Assembly: GCA_946497925.1 (NCBI GenBank)
Contig: CAMMMG010000004.1
Location: 1-46,976 of the forward strand
DNA length: 46,976 bases
Origin: an uncultured Mycoplasmatota bacterium
Lineage (GTDB): Bacteria > Bacillota_I > Bacilli_A > RF39 > UBA660
Direction of reading: 5' to 3'
Below, in pieces: positions 19,441 through 30,785 of the stretch (its first letter is position 1; each line of letters begins with the position of its first letter). The notes beneath the pieces were generated by a model, which was given only the letters and a program-made list of their open reading frames with translations, was not told where the DNA came from and did not search any database. Made by a program: the position numbers and the translations under genes.

Positions 19441-21465
19441 ATGTCTAAAAACTTAGTTATAGTGGAAAGTCCTAGTAAAAGTAAAACTATTGAAAAATAC
19501 TTAGGTAATGATTATAAAGTAGTAGCAAGCCAAGGACATATTAGAGATTTAGCAACTACAGGACATTTAGGTCTTGGTGTTGATATAGAAAATGGTTTTA
19601 AGCCTAATTATATACCATTAAAGGGAAAGAAAAAGATAATTACCGAGTTAAAAAAGTGCGTTAAAGATGCTAGCCATGTTATACTTGCAACCGACCCTGA
19701 TCGTGAGGGAGAAGCGATTTCTTGGCATTTAAAAGAAGCTTTAAATATTAAAGATAAAGATTATGATAGAGTATTATTTCATGAAATAACTAAAGATAAA
19801 GTACTTGATGCGATTAAACATCCTACTAAAATAGATGATAACTTAGTTAAGAGTCAAGAGACTAGAAGAATACTTGATAGAATAATTGGTTTTAGATTAT
19901 CTAAGTTATTACAGTCTAAAATAAAAGCGAAAAGTGCAGGACGTGTGCAAAGTGTTGCTTTAAAACTTATTGTTGATAGAGAACGTGAAATAGAAGCTTT
20001 TGTTCCAGAAGAGTACTTTACAATAACTGCTATCATCGAAGATACAGAAGCGAATCTTTTTAAATATAAAGATGAAGATATTAAACTTCATAATGAAGTT
20101 GATGCTAATAAGGTATTAGAGTCTTTAGGAGATGATTATAACTTAAGTAGTATAGAAAAAAAGAAAAGAAAAAAAGCTAGTCGTGCTCCTTTTATAACTT
20201 CAACTCTACAGCAAGAAGCATCTACTAAGTTAGGCTTTACGGCTAAAAAGACTATGTCTATCGCTCAAAAGTTATATGAAGGAATTGACTTAGGAGATGA
20301 GATAGTTGGTCTTATTACTTATATGAGAACTGACTCTATTAGACTTTCTGATGAGTTTGTAGGTAGTGCATTTCATTATATAGAAGAGAACTTTGGTAAA
20401 AAGTATATTGGTTATACTAAACATGCTAAGAAAACAGATAATGTTCAAGATGCTCATGAAGGTATTAGACCTACTAGTATATTAAGAGAACCTTTAAAAG
20501 TAAAACAATATCTATCTAATGATGAGTTTAAACTATATAGTTTAATCTATAAAAGAGCCTTAGCATCTCTTATGGCTGATGCTATTATGGATCAAACAAC
20601 ATTGATATTTAATAACAATGATTATAAGTTTAAAGCAACTGGAAGTATCTTAAACTTTGATGGTTATTTAAAAGTATATAGTGACTATGAGAAGAATGAA
20701 GATAAAATTATTCCTGAACTTATAGAAGGGAAAGATTATAAAGCTAGTGACATTTTATCTGAACAACACTTTACTAAACCACCTGCAAGATATACAGAAG
20801 CTAAGCTTATTAAAGAAATGGAAGACTTAGGAATAGGACGTCCTTCTACTTATGCTAAGACTATTGATACTATTAAAGAACGAGGTTATGTAAAAGTAGA
20901 AGATAAAAAGTTTGTACCAACTGAAATTGGAATAGAGACAACTGATAAACTGCAAGAGTTCTTTAGTGATATAATAAATGTAGAATACACTAAAAATATG
21001 GAAGAAGAACTTGATAAAATTGCCGATGGTAATTTAGTTTGGAATGAAGTCTTAAAAGAGTTTTATGATATCTTTGAACCTCGGGTTAAGAAAGCATTTA
21101 GTGATATGGAGAAAAAGGAAGCGGAAGAGACAGGAGAAATGTGTCCAGAGTGTGGTAGTCCTTTAGTTAAAAGAACTGGTCGTTATGGAGAGTTTGTCGC
21201 TTGTTCTAATTATCCAGAATGTAAATACATAAAAAAGGAAGAGAAACAAGTGGTTGAAGTATGCAATTGTCTTAAATGTGATGGTAAAATCTTAGAAAGA
21301 AAAACAAGACGTGGTAAAATATTCTATGGTTGTAGTAACTTTCCTAAATGTAAAGAAGCTTATTGGGATAAGCCTACTGGAGAAAAATGTCCAAACTGTG
21401 GGGAAATGTTGATAGAAAAAGATAATAAAATAAAATGCAGTAAATGTGATTATGAGAAAGCCTAA
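19441..21465 (+). CDS. topA: DNA topoisomerase I
   Basis: IVESPSK, DPDREGE, SAGRVQS, ITYMRTD, QDAHE and GIGRPST motifs; C-terminal zinc ribbons. Confidence 0.98.
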   Translation: MSKNLVIVESPSKSKTIEKYLGNDYKVVASQGHIRDLATTGHLGLGVDIENGFKPNYIPLKGKKKIITELKKCVKDASHVILATDPDREGEAISWHLKEALNIKDKDYDRVLFHEITKDKVLDAIKHPTKIDDNLVKSQETRRILDRIIGFRLSKLLQSKIKAKSAGRVQSVALKLIVDREREIEAFVPEEYFTITAIIEDTEANLFKYKDEDIKLHNEVDANKVLESLGDDYNLSSIEKKKRKKASRAPFITSTLQQEASTKLGFTAKKTMSIAQKLYEGIDLGDEIVGLITYMRTDSIRLSDEFVGSAFHYIEENFGKKYIGYTKHAKKTDNVQDAHEGIRPTSILREPLKVKQYLSNDEFKLYSLIYKRALASLMADAIMDQTTLIFNNNDYKFKATGSILNFDGYLKVYSDYEKNEDKIIPELIEGKDYKASDILSEQHFTKPPARYTEAKLIKEMEDLGIGRPSTYAKTIDTIKERGYVKVEDKKFVPTEIGIETTDKLQEFFSDIINVEYTKNMEEELDKIADGNLVWNEVLKEFYDIFEPRVKKAFSDMEKKEAEETGEMCPECGSPLVKRTGRYGEFVACSNYPECKYIKKEEKQVVEVCNCLKCDGKILERKTRRGKIFYGCSNFPKCKEAYWDKPTGEKCPNCGEMLIEKDNKIKCSKCDYEKA

Positions 21466-21478
21466 AAGGGCTTTTTTT
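21457..21478 (+). terminator. intrinsic terminator after topA
   Basis: AAAGCC-N6-GGCTTT followed by a T-run. Confidence 0.6.
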
Positions 21479-21516
21479 CTAATCTTTTTTGGTATATAAT
21501 TGATTAAGGTGATGAT

Positions 21517-22371
21517 ATGGAGTCCAGAGTAGTTTATCAACAAAATAAAAGAAGAAAGAAAAAACTTAGATTTAGAAAATGGGTTATTGTTGTATTTCTT
21601 ATTTTCTTCCTTAGTATTTTTTCATTTTCAGCATATGAAGTATATTCTTGGTATAACGACAATAAAGAAGTAGATAATATATCTGATGATGTATTAAAAA
21701 ATACTAAAGTAAAAGAAAAAAAAGATAATAATAATACAGAAAATGTTAATCCACCAGAAGATATTTCTAATGATTATTGGGATTATATAAAAATTAATCT
21801 TTTAGAAGTTGATTTTAATGAACTGCTTAAGAAAAATCCTGATACAGTAGGTTGGATAGAGGTAAAGGGAACAAACATTAATTATCCTATAGTGCAAACT
21901 ACTGATAATAGTTATTATTTAACTCATGCTTTTGATAAAACTAAAAATGAAGCAGGATGGGTTTTTATGGACTATCGAAATGATGCGGTTAATTTTAATC
22001 AAAATACTATTCTTTATGCCCATAGTAGATTGACAGGATCTATGTTTGGAAGTTTAAAAAATATTTTAGAAAGCTCCTGGTATACAAATAAAAACAATCA
22101 TATTATAAGACTTTCTACTCCTACAGAAAACACTATGTGGCAAGTATTTAGTGTTTATACAATTCCTAAAGAAAGTTATTATATAACTCCTAGTTTTAAT
22201 AGTACTGAAGCTTATGGGGAGTTTCTAAATACTATGAAAATTAGAAGTGAAGTAGAGTTTTCTGCAGAAGTTAATACAAATGATAAAATATTAACTCTAT
22301 CGACATGTAAAGATAATTTTGGAAATAGAGTAGTTATGCATGCTAAATTAATTAAGAAAGAGTCGAGATAA
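21517..22371 (+). CDS. srtB: class B sortase
   Basis: NPDTVGWI, INYPIVQ, DNSYYL, YAH and TLSTC...R motifs. Confidence 0.92.
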   Translation: MESRVVYQQNKRRKKKLRFRKWVIVVFLIFFLSIFSFSAYEVYSWYNDNKEVDNISDDVLKNTKVKEKKDNNNTENVNPPEDISNDYWDYIKINLLEVDFNELLKKNPDTVGWIEVKGTNINYPIVQTTDNSYYLTHAFDKTKNEAGWVFMDYRNDAVNFNQNTILYAHSRLTGSMFGSLKNILESSWYTNKNNHIIRLSTPTENTMWQVFSVYTIPKESYYITPSFNSTEAYGEFLNTMKIRSEVEFSAEVNTNDKILTLSTCKDNFGNRVVMHAKLIKKESR

Positions 22372-22479
22372 GTAGAAAAATATATCTTTTTTGATATTGA
22401 CCTAACACTAAATATCTAGTATGCTTATAGTGAAGATAGGGTAAATAGCTATCTATCAAATAAGGAAGGAGAGAAAGAA

Positions 22480-23454
22480 GTGAAAAACTTAAAGAAAGGT
22501 TTATTTACATTATCATTTACATTTGTTATGGTAATGGCACTTGGAGTAGTCAACGTTAACGCTCAAGAATATAACTTAATGGACGAAATGTCTAATCTTA
22601 TGGCAGGTAATCCATTAGAAATAAACGTTGGTGATACTTTAACTTATGGTGATGAAGAATGGGTTGGTCGTAATGGACGTCTAAATGTTACATCAGGTAC
22701 TTTAACTATTACTTATAATGATGGTGGCACTCCTGGAATGACTGTTATTACTGATGATATGGTTAACTTTACAGTAGATGGAATTACCGTTGTTAATCCT
22801 GATAAAAGATTCATTGTTCAAGCTGATCTTTCATCAGTATATCCTGATGTTATAATTCCAATTAATTTAACCGTAAATGAAGGTGCACAATTATATGTTA
22901 ATGGAAGACTAGCGATGCCAAGTGGTGCTAATAGTGTATTAGTTAATAATGGTACTGTAAATGTTAGTGAAGCAGGAACTATGGAATTACGTGACCGTGC
23001 AAATATTTATCAAGGAGATGGTGAATTACTAGTATTTGGTAAATTAGCAATGTACGGAAATAGTGGTTCTAATATTAATGATCATACAATTAAACTATAT
23101 GCTCCAGGTGTTGTTTATTCAGCATTTGATATAGTTGATAACATTGTTGTAGGTAATATGAGTTCAGAATATATTCAATTCTCATTAATAGAAGCTGAAG
23201 ATAAGAGTTATGAATCTACATCAGATAATGTTGGTTTACAAGAGTTTTCTTATGCTTATACAGTTATAAGTGAACAAATTAAAGACTTCCCAGAAGTTCC
23301 TGTAACACCAGAAGAAGATACTACTACTGAAGAAGGTACATCTACTGAAAATGTAGAAAATCCAGAAACTAGTGATGGAATCGCTTTATTCTTAGGATTA
23401 ACTATTGTTGGTTTTGCAGGTGTTGCATTAACTTACAGAAGACTTCATAATTAA
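22480..23454 (+). CDS. cell-wall-anchored surface protein, probable sortase B substrate
   Basis: Signal peptide (VNA|QE), beta-rich body, E/T-rich stalk, NPETSD motif, TM helix and RRLHN tail. Confidence 0.8.
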   Translation: MKNLKKGLFTLSFTFVMVMALGVVNVNAQEYNLMDEMSNLMAGNPLEINVGDTLTYGDEEWVGRNGRLNVTSGTLTITYNDGGTPGMTVITDDMVNFTVDGITVVNPDKRFIVQADLSSVYPDVIIPINLTVNEGAQLYVNGRLAMPSGANSVLVNNGTVNVSEAGTMELRDRANIYQGDGELLVFGKLAMYGNSGSNINDHTIKLYAPGVVYSAFDIVDNIVVGNMSSEYIQFSLIEAEDKSYESTSDNVGLQEFSYAYTVISEQIKDFPEVPVTPEEDTTTEEGTSTENVENPETSDGIALFLGLTIVGFAGVALTYRRLHN

Positions 23455-23462
23455 TAATATTT

Positions 23463-23487
23463 AAGCATTGTTTAGGCAATGCTTTTT
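23463..23487 (+). terminator. intrinsic terminator
   Basis: AAGCATTG-N6-CAATGCTT followed by a T-run. Confidence 0.75.
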
Positions 23488-23554
23488 CTTTTCTAACAAA
23501 AATGTAATGAAATAAGCTTTAATATTATGCTATTATCTAGATAGGTGATAGATA

Positions 23555-23722
23555 ATGAAGCAAAGACTAAAAGATATTATATTTTTAATAATAGGGGTTA
23601 GTTTAACAATTATTTTCTATACAATAGTTATACCTTTTCTTGTAATTGTTGGTTTAATTAAAGCAAATTCCATGATTAAGCACTTTAAAACGAGACATAA
23701 ATATGCTAAAATTAATTCGTAA
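23555..23722 (+). CDS. small membrane protein (55 aa), absent from the ORF track
   Basis: AGGTGA RBS; MKQRLKDIIFLIIGVSLTIIFYTIVIPFLVIVGLIK...; ends in TAA. Confidence 0.6.
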   Translation: MKQRLKDIIFLIIGVSLTIIFYTIVIPFLVIVGLIKANSMIKHFKTRHKYAKINS

Positions 23723-23734
23723 GGTTGTGATAAT

Positions 23735-24352
23735 ATGGAATATTTAGATTATTATGATGAAGATGGAAATTATTTAGGATATAAAAGTAGGGATGAAGTT
23801 CATAAAGAAGGACTTTGACATAATACTGTTCATTGTTGGTTATATGAGATGGATGGTAGTGTTTACTTTCAAATAAGAAGTAGTAGTCATAAATTTTATA
23901 CGACAGCATCAGGACATGTTTTAAAAGGTGAGACTATTAAAGATGCCTTTAGAAGAGAAATAAATGAGGAGATAGGTCTTGATATAGATAGTAGTGATGC
24001 AACACTTGTAGATATTGTTCCATGGCGTATGGATAAAATGAAAAATGGTACTCTTATTAAAGATAGAGCGAAAGCGAATGTTTATGTTGATTTGTTTGAA
24101 GGAGATTTAGATAGTTTTAAATTTGATCCTAATGAAGTATTAGGTGTTGTTAAAGTAAATGCAAAAGATGCTTTAGATCTCTTTAAAAATGGTAAAGGAG
24201 AAATAGAAGCTGAAATAATTACTACTAAAGATAATAAAAATGTAAAGGAAAGTAAACTGGTTAGTATATATGATTTCTTAGTTCAAAAACACGAGAATGC
24301 CTACGATAAGTATAAAGATGTGTTAAATAAAGTAATAGAAATTACTAAATAA
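23735..24352 (+). CDS. Nudix hydrolase (IDI/YfcD-like) with an in-frame TGA at 23816-23818
   Basis: MEYLDYYDEDG...EVHKEGL*HNTVHCW continues in frame into ORF 23849; Nudix box GHVLKGE...RREINEEIGL. Confidence 0.85.
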
Positions 24353-24409
24353 GTAGTAATTTCTATTTCTTTTTGGTACAATACTTTCTAAGATAGGAGA
24401 TAGATAAAA

Positions 24410-27010
24410 TTGAAAGATGCTTATACTAAAAGTAGTAATGATATTTTAGAAGAGTTAAGTAGTAAAAAAGATGGATTAAATGAAAAAGAAGTAACTAAAA
24501 GATTAGATGAGTATGGTTTTAATGAAATAGAAGCTAAGAAGCCTAAAACTATATTAGAAATGGTTATAGATGGGCTTAAAGATAAGATGATTTTAATACT
24601 TTTACTGGCATCAATTCTTTCTTTTATACTAGGAGAATTAGCAGAAGGGGTAGTTATATTAACAATTATCTTTATAAATTCTTTAATTAGTATAATTCAA
24701 GAGAAGAAAGCAATGAATGCTATTATTGCTTTAAGAAATTTGAATGCTCCTCATACTACAGTTATAAGAGATGGTAAGAAGAAAAATATTTTAACTAAAG
24801 AGGTAGTTATTGGAGATATTGTTTATCTAGAAGATGGTAATATTGTACCTGCAGATATTAGATTAATAGAAGAGAATGGTTTAAAAGTAGATGAATCATC
24901 TCTTACAGGAGAAAGTGTTCCTGTAGAAAAAGATGCTAGTTTAATATTAGATAAGAATACTACTTTAGCAGATAGAGTTAATATGGTTTATTCATCAACT
25001 ATTATTTCTTATGGTACTGCTATTGGAGTTGTAGTTGGAACATCTTCTAATACAGAAGTAGGTTCTATTGCAACAATGTTAGAAGATACTGATAGTCTAG
25101 ATACTCCATTAAAAAGAAAACTTAATAAAGTAGGAGAAGTTTTAAGTATTATTGGTATTTTAGTCGCTATTCTTATATTTATAATAGGGCTTATTTATGG
25201 TAAAGACTTTATCTCTTTATTAATGGTTTCTATATCTTTAGCAATCTCTGTAATACCAGAAGGATTACCTGCTACTGCAACTATTGTAATGGCTTTAGGT
25301 GTATCTCGTATGGCTAAGAAAAATGCTTTAGTAAAGAAACTTCCTGCTGTTGAAGCTTTAGGTAGTGCTACTGTTATTTGTTCTGATAAGACTGGTACTC
25401 TTACTTTAAATAAAATGACAGTTGTAAAAAGTACTTTATATAGTGATATTATTAATAAAAATGATCTTAATACTTTTAATGATGACTTAATAAAGTGTGC
25501 TTGTTTATGTAATAATGCTTATATTGATAAGGATAAAGTAATAGGTGACCCTACAGAAGGATGCTTATTAACTTATGCTAAAAATAATGGTTATGATATT
25601 AAAGATATAAAAAGTAATGAAGTTTTATATGAACAAGCCTTTGACTCTGTTAGAAAAAGAATGAGTGCTGTCATTAAAGATGAAAAGGGATATTTAGTTT
25701 ATTGTAAAGGTGCTCCTGAAGAGTTAATAGATGTATGTAGTTATGCTAGTATTGATGATAAGTTAGTTAAACTTACTAGTGAAGATAAGGATAAAATTAA
25801 AGAGTACTGTGTCACTATGTCTAGTAAGGGGTTAAGATTATTAGGTTTTGCTATGAAAGATATTAATAATCTTCCTAAAGAAGGAGATGTGATTGAAGAA
25901 GATTTAACTTTTATTGGTATCATGGGTATTATTGATCCACCAAGAGAAGAAGTTAAACATGCTATTAATACTTGTCATGAAGCAGGTATTAGAGTAATTA
26001 TGATTACAGGAGATCATAAATTAACTGCAAGGGCTATCGCTGAAGACCTTGGTATTTATAAAAAAGGTGATTTAGTAGTAGATGGGGAAACTTTAAGTAA
26101 AATGAGTGATTTAAAACTTCGTAATACAATTAAAGATATTTCTGTCTTTGCAAGAGTTACACCACAAGATAAACTTAGAATTGTTAATGCCTTAAAGAAA
26201 AATAAAGAAATAGTTGCGATGACAGGTGATGGTGTTAATGATGCTCCTGCTTTAAAGAAAGCTGATATTGGTGTTGCCATGGGTATTACTGGTACTGATG
26301 TTGCAAAAGATGCCGCTGCTATGATTTTATTAGATGATAACTTTACAACTATTGAAGCAGCAGTTAAAGAAGGTAGAAGAGTATATCGTAATATTCAAAA
26401 AGTAATACAATACTTATTAGCAGGTAATATTGCAGAAGTATTAACTATATTTGTATCTATGTTATTTAACTTACCTAGTCCTTTACTTGCAGTTCATATT
26501 TTATTTATTAATCTTGTAACTGATACTCTTCCATCTCTTGCTCTTGGAATAGATCCAGCAAGTCCTAATGTTATGAAACATAAACCAGTTAAAGAGGGTA
26601 GTCTATTTGAGCGTGGTCTTGTTTTTAGAATAGGTTTCTATGGAGTATTCCTTGCTATCATTACTTTAGTTGCATACTTTATAGGGCAGGATGATAGTTA
26701 TAATGTAGGTATGACAATGGCCTTTACAGTTTTATGCCTATCACAAATATTCCATTCTCTAAATCAAAGTTCAAGTATAACATCTCTATTTAGTAAAGAC
26801 TATCCAAGAAATAAAATGTTATTCCTTTCTATGGTAGGATCAATTATTTTTCTTTTAATTGTTTTATTTGTAATACCTATAAGAGAATTCTTCTCACTTA
26901 GTGTATTAAGTGGAAATGAATGGTTAATAGTTATATTACTATCTTTATCACCAATTCTTATAGTAGAAATATTTAAAGCGATAAAAAGAAGCATAGGAAT
27001 GGATAGCTAG
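24410..27010 (+). CDS. P-type cation (Ca2+-type) transporting ATPase
   Basis: TGES, PEGL, DKTGT, KGAPE, MITGD and TGDGVND motifs; about ten TM helices. Confidence 0.95.
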   Translation: MKDAYTKSSNDILEELSSKKDGLNEKEVTKRLDEYGFNEIEAKKPKTILEMVIDGLKDKMILILLLASILSFILGELAEGVVILTIIFINSLISIIQEKKAMNAIIALRNLNAPHTTVIRDGKKKNILTKEVVIGDIVYLEDGNIVPADIRLIEENGLKVDESSLTGESVPVEKDASLILDKNTTLADRVNMVYSSTIISYGTAIGVVVGTSSNTEVGSIATMLEDTDSLDTPLKRKLNKVGEVLSIIGILVAILIFIIGLIYGKDFISLLMVSISLAISVIPEGLPATATIVMALGVSRMAKKNALVKKLPAVEALGSATVICSDKTGTLTLNKMTVVKSTLYSDIINKNDLNTFNDDLIKCACLCNNAYIDKDKVIGDPTEGCLLTYAKNNGYDIKDIKSNEVLYEQAFDSVRKRMSAVIKDEKGYLVYCKGAPEELIDVCSYASIDDKLVKLTSEDKDKIKEYCVTMSSKGLRLLGFAMKDINNLPKEGDVIEEDLTFIGIMGIIDPPREEVKHAINTCHEAGIRVIMITGDHKLTARAIAEDLGIYKKGDLVVDGETLSKMSDLKLRNTIKDISVFARVTPQDKLRIVNALKKNKEIVAMTGDGVNDAPALKKADIGVAMGITGTDVAKDAAAMILLDDNFTTIEAAVKEGRRVYRNIQKVIQYLLAGNIAEVLTIFVSMLFNLPSPLLAVHILFINLVTDTLPSLALGIDPASPNVMKHKPVKEGSLFERGLVFRIGFYGVFLAIITLVAYFIGQDDSYNVGMTMAFTVLCLSQIFHSLNQSSSITSLFSKDYPRNKMLFLSMVGSIIFLLIVLFVIPIREFFSLSVLSGNEWLIVILLSLSPILIVEIFKAIKRSIGMDS

Positions 27011-27014
27011 TATT

Positions 27015-28232
27015 ATGGTAGTAAATAAGAAGAGAATAGTCTTAAGTAATAAAATCTATCCTTTATTTGCAGGACTTTCAAGTGACCTTATCTTCTTTCT
27101 TGCTATCAATACTTTATTTTTAACTGAAGTAAAAGGATTCAGTACTTTAGAAATTAGTTCTTTTACAACAATTAGTATATTAGTAATGATTATATTAAAT
27201 CCTCTAGTTATGAAAACAATTAATAAAATAGGTGCTTTAAACTCTGTAAAATTAGGGGTGATTTTTCTATTATTGGGAGCCTTCTTAATAACTTTTGGTG
27301 TAAATTATATAACTACTTTATTAGGATATATATTCTATGAAGCATTTTATTACTTTAAAAAGATGGATACAGTTTTACTAAGAAAAAATTTATTATTCTT
27401 ACACGAAGAAGAAAAACAATTAGAAATAGAGAGTTATCATTCTTTAATTTATGGTGTAGTTACAATGTTTACAACTTTTGTATCAGGAATTCTTTTTAAT
27501 TTGAATAATTATTTACCTATGATATGTTGTTTAATCTTTTGTTTTATAAATATTATTTTGGTTAATTTTCTATATGAAGTAAAAACTCCTAATAATAAGG
27601 TAATTAAGAAAGATAAGAGAAAAATTAAAATAACTCATCTTGTGTTCTTAATTTTACTTCTTTTTGCAGTATGCTATGCAATTATAGATTTAGGACAAAC
27701 TAATAGTAAGTTATTTATTCAATATAGACTAGATAGTTTCTTATCTTTAGAAAATGTCTCTATCATATTAACTTTAATAGTTAGTGCTTCACGAATTGTT
27801 AGAGTAGTTGCAAATTATTTCTTTATTACAATCTATGAAAAGTATAAAAGTAAGATATTATCTATTATAGGTTATAGTCTTCTTATATCATTTGTACTTA
27901 TCTTAATAGGTAACTTTATACCATTTAAAGTCTTTGGTATTATCTTAATGAGTATAGGCTTTTGTTTATTCCTTGCTATAAGAGATCCATTTGATAATTA
28001 TATTAAAGAGTTATTACTTAATAATACTAAACAAGAAGACCACGAGATTATGATAAATAAGTTAAACTTTACAAGAAAGTTAGGTAAGTTAATAATTAGT
28101 AGTTTAATTACTTTAATACTTTTAAAAGATATTCTTACTTATGTAATGATATTTTTATTAGGACTTTCTTGTTTTAGCTTAGTAATAGTTTATGAAATAT
28201 ATAAAATATTAAAGAAAAAGAAATATGCTTAA
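27015..28232 (+). CDS. MFS-like transporter
   Basis: 405 aa with about 12 hydrophobic helices in two halves. Confidence 0.75.
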   Translation: MVVNKKRIVLSNKIYPLFAGLSSDLIFFLAINTLFLTEVKGFSTLEISSFTTISILVMIILNPLVMKTINKIGALNSVKLGVIFLLLGAFLITFGVNYITTLLGYIFYEAFYYFKKMDTVLLRKNLLFLHEEEKQLEIESYHSLIYGVVTMFTTFVSGILFNLNNYLPMICCLIFCFINIILVNFLYEVKTPNNKVIKKDKRKIKITHLVFLILLLFAVCYAIIDLGQTNSKLFIQYRLDSFLSLENVSIILTLIVSASRIVRVVANYFFITIYEKYKSKILSIIGYSLLISFVLILIGNFIPFKVFGIILMSIGFCLFLAIRDPFDNYIKELLLNNTKQEDHEIMINKLNFTRKLGKLIISSLITLILLKDILTYVMIFLLGLSCFSLVIVYEIYKILKKKKYA

Positions 28233-28400
28233 AATATCTTGAAATATAGATATTTTTTGTTTTATAGTCTATGCTAATTTTTATGCACAAAATATAATAA
28301 ATTAGTGCATAAAAATTAGTTTTTGACCATAAAGTTATACATTATTGCTTTATGTTGCAAAAAAACTAAAAAAATATAAAAAATGCGAGGAAAATCAACA
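27403..28400 (+). repeat. direct repeat copy 1 (MFS 3' two-thirds plus downstream non-coding DNA)
   Basis: Aligns to 31506-32570 at an offset of 4103 in the coding part; near-identical over ~27561-28226. Confidence 0.92.
28274..28319. repeat. 15-bp perfect inverted repeat
   Basis: CTAATTTTTATGCAC-N16-GTGCATAAAAATTAG. Confidence 0.9.
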
Positions 28401-28428
28401 TATATATAAGGTTTTATGAAAAATTAAG

Positions 28429-28476
28429 AGTTATTGACACTAAAATACCAAAAAAGTCAAATTGGTGTCGATAACT
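28429..28476. promoter_or_regulatory. inverted repeat containing TTGACA, candidate operator
   Basis: AGTTATTGACAC-N24-GTGTCGATAACT (1 mismatch), just upstream of the ATPase gene. Confidence 0.55.
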
Positions 28477-28518
28477 TCTTCTTTTTATGATAAAATTTAG
28501 TAAAAGGAGAAGAAAATT

Positions 28519-29754
28519 ATGGAACAAATATATAAAAGGGAAACTTATTTAAAAAAAATTAGAGGTTTTTATAATGATAATGAAACTATAAAAGTAATTA
28601 CTGGTATTAGAAGATGTGGTAAATCTTTTCTTTTAAAGTCAATAATCGAAGAATTAAAAGATAATGGAATATTAGATAAAGATATAGTCTATATTAGATT
28701 AGATGTTCCACCATTTAATACTATAAAAGAATCTAAAGAATTAGAAGATTTAATAAAGAATTCTTTAAAAGATGATAATTTTAAATATTTATTTATTGAT
28801 GAAGTTCAAAATGTAGAGGATTTTGAAGAAGTAATTGACGGCTATAGAGCAATAGGAAACATGTCAATATTTATAACTGGTTCAAATTCTTATCTTTTAT
28901 CAGGAGAGCTTGTTACAAAACTAACTGGTAGAAAAATAGAAATAGAAATGCTACCACTTAATTTCTATGAATATATAGAGATGAAGAAAATGTTTAATAA
29001 AGAAATAAATACTAATATATATTTAGAATTTGAAAATTATGTTAGAAACGGAGGATTTCCTGGTTCTATTAAATATGATAATGAGGAAGACAGAAAAAGA
29101 TATACTGAAAATGTCTTAGATGATATCTTTAATAAAGATATTAAAGTTAATGAAAAAATAAAAAGCACAGATACTTTTAAGAATATACAAACATTTATTA
29201 TAAATAATTTTGGTACTATGATTTCTGCTAATAGTATAAAAAAGTATTATAAAAGTAAAAATATTAATATAGATATACGAACTATTAATAGATATATTAA
29301 TATCTTAGAAAATGCTAAAATAATTTATCCTTGTAATACCTTTGATATAAAATCTAAAAGAGTTTTAAATGGAGAAAGAAAATATTATTTAGCAGATACT
29401 AGTATTTATTTTACCTTTAATACTGATAATAGAATTAATTATGGACCAGTACTTGAAAATATATTACATAATTATCTGGTTAGTAAAGATTATCATCTAA
29501 GTGTTGGTAAAATAGGCAAATTAGAATGTGATTTTATTGCAAGAAAGGGAAATGATAATTATTATTATATTCAAGTGTCTAAAAATATTGAAGATGATAA
29601 GACAAGTATAAGAGAATATAGACCATTCTATGAAATTAGAGATATGTATCCACGTTATTTATTCTTACTTGATATGATATTTAAAAAGAATGTAGAGGGT
29701 ATTAACAATGTTAATATTGTAGATTTTATTTATAATAATGAAGATTTAAAATAA
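28519..29754 (+). CDS. AAA+ ATPase (AAA_14) with DUF4143 C-terminal domain
   Basis: GIRRCGKS Walker A, LFIDEVQ Walker B, TGSNS, GGFP, KYYLAD, LEN and ECDF...YIQV motifs. Confidence 0.9.
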   Translation: MEQIYKRETYLKKIRGFYNDNETIKVITGIRRCGKSFLLKSIIEELKDNGILDKDIVYIRLDVPPFNTIKESKELEDLIKNSLKDDNFKYLFIDEVQNVEDFEEVIDGYRAIGNMSIFITGSNSYLLSGELVTKLTGRKIEIEMLPLNFYEYIEMKKMFNKEINTNIYLEFENYVRNGGFPGSIKYDNEEDRKRYTENVLDDIFNKDIKVNEKIKSTDTFKNIQTFIINNFGTMISANSIKKYYKSKNINIDIRTINRYINILENAKIIYPCNTFDIKSKRVLNGERKYYLADTSIYFTFNTDNRINYGPVLENILHNYLVSKDYHLSVGKIGKLECDFIARKGNDNYYYIQVSKNIEDDKTSIREYRPFYEIRDMYPRYLFLLDMIFKKNVEGINNVNIVDFIYNNEDLK

Positions 29755-29820
29755 TAATGAATTTATCTATATGATAAGTTCTTTTTCTATGATATTATAT
29801 TGTCAAAGGAGAAATATATT

Positions 29821-30774
29821 ATGAAACAAAAACTTGATATTAAATATAATATACCAAATATTAAAGCTTTTTTAAGTGTATTTAATTTAAATTTAGAAGT
29901 TTATAACGACCTATCTATAAAAGATGAGATAAAGATTTTAGATAAAGAGAAAGAAGTAGGTAGGGTCCTATTTAATGAAGATAAAATAGAAATAACATCT
30001 AAAAGTATTTATGGAGATTTGAAAACTAGTACAGATTATGCTAGTGCATTCACTTTAACTGATGTAGAATCTTTTGATACTATTGGGACATTTGGTCTTT
30101 TTGCAAGTTTTAGTAATACATTTAAATTTACTTTAGGAGACAAATTAACAGGAGATTTAAACTTTGCAATAAAATTAGATAATAAGTTTGGTAATAGAGC
30201 TAATTTACATGCTATATTGAACTATCAAGATGATAATAAAAAATATATTATTAAGTTTCAAGAAGCAGGATTTCCTTTATATTATTTAGAAGAAGGTAAA
30301 GATTATCAGGAAAAAATTATTTATAATTTATTTGATTCATATGATTATCCTTATATTCATCACTCTTTAACTGAGAAAATAATAGATAATAATATAGTAA
30401 AAAGCTATTATGAAAGTTCCTTTATAGGAAAGGGTTACTATAATAAAAAAAATAATACTGCAGTTAATGTTAAAAAAATAAATAACGAATTAGTTGATAA
30501 AAAATATTTAGAATTTCCTAAAAAGGGCTTAGATGATGAAGAAGTTGAAGTAATAAATAAAGGAGAAGTATTTGCATCTATTAGTCCTAATACTCAAGTT
30601 AAAATTAAGAGCCTAATAGAGGAGTTTCCATTTTTAGAAAAGATCTTTATTTATTCCTTTAATAATTTTAGTAATAAGGAAATACATGCTTTGTTTGGAC
30701 TTAATAAAGATAAATACACTTTAGATGATTTTTACTTTGATAAAGGGAAGTTTTTAGTTAAAAATATGTTTTAA
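29821..30774 (+). CDS. hypothetical protein
   Basis: Long ORF; AAGGAG RBS precedes ATG 29821; no motif recognised. Confidence 0.7.
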   Translation: MKQKLDIKYNIPNIKAFLSVFNLNLEVYNDLSIKDEIKILDKEKEVGRVLFNEDKIEITSKSIYGDLKTSTDYASAFTLTDVESFDTIGTFGLFASFSNTFKFTLGDKLTGDLNFAIKLDNKFGNRANLHAILNYQDDNKKYIIKFQEAGFPLYYLEEGKDYQEKIIYNLFDSYDYPYIHHSLTEKIIDNNIVKSYYESSFIGKGYYNKKNNTAVNVKKINNELVDKKYLEFPKKGLDDEEVEVINKGEVFASISPNTQVKIKSLIEEFPFLEKIFIYSFNNFSNKEIHALFGLNKDKYTLDDFYFDKGKFLVKNMF

Positions 30775-30785
30775 GGAGAAGTATT

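Noticed and set aside
9577-21084. Possible CGG sense-codon reassignment (rare CGG in pbpA and topA)
   Set aside because: Only two instances were noticed, at weakly conserved positions compatible with Arg, so there is no evidence either way.
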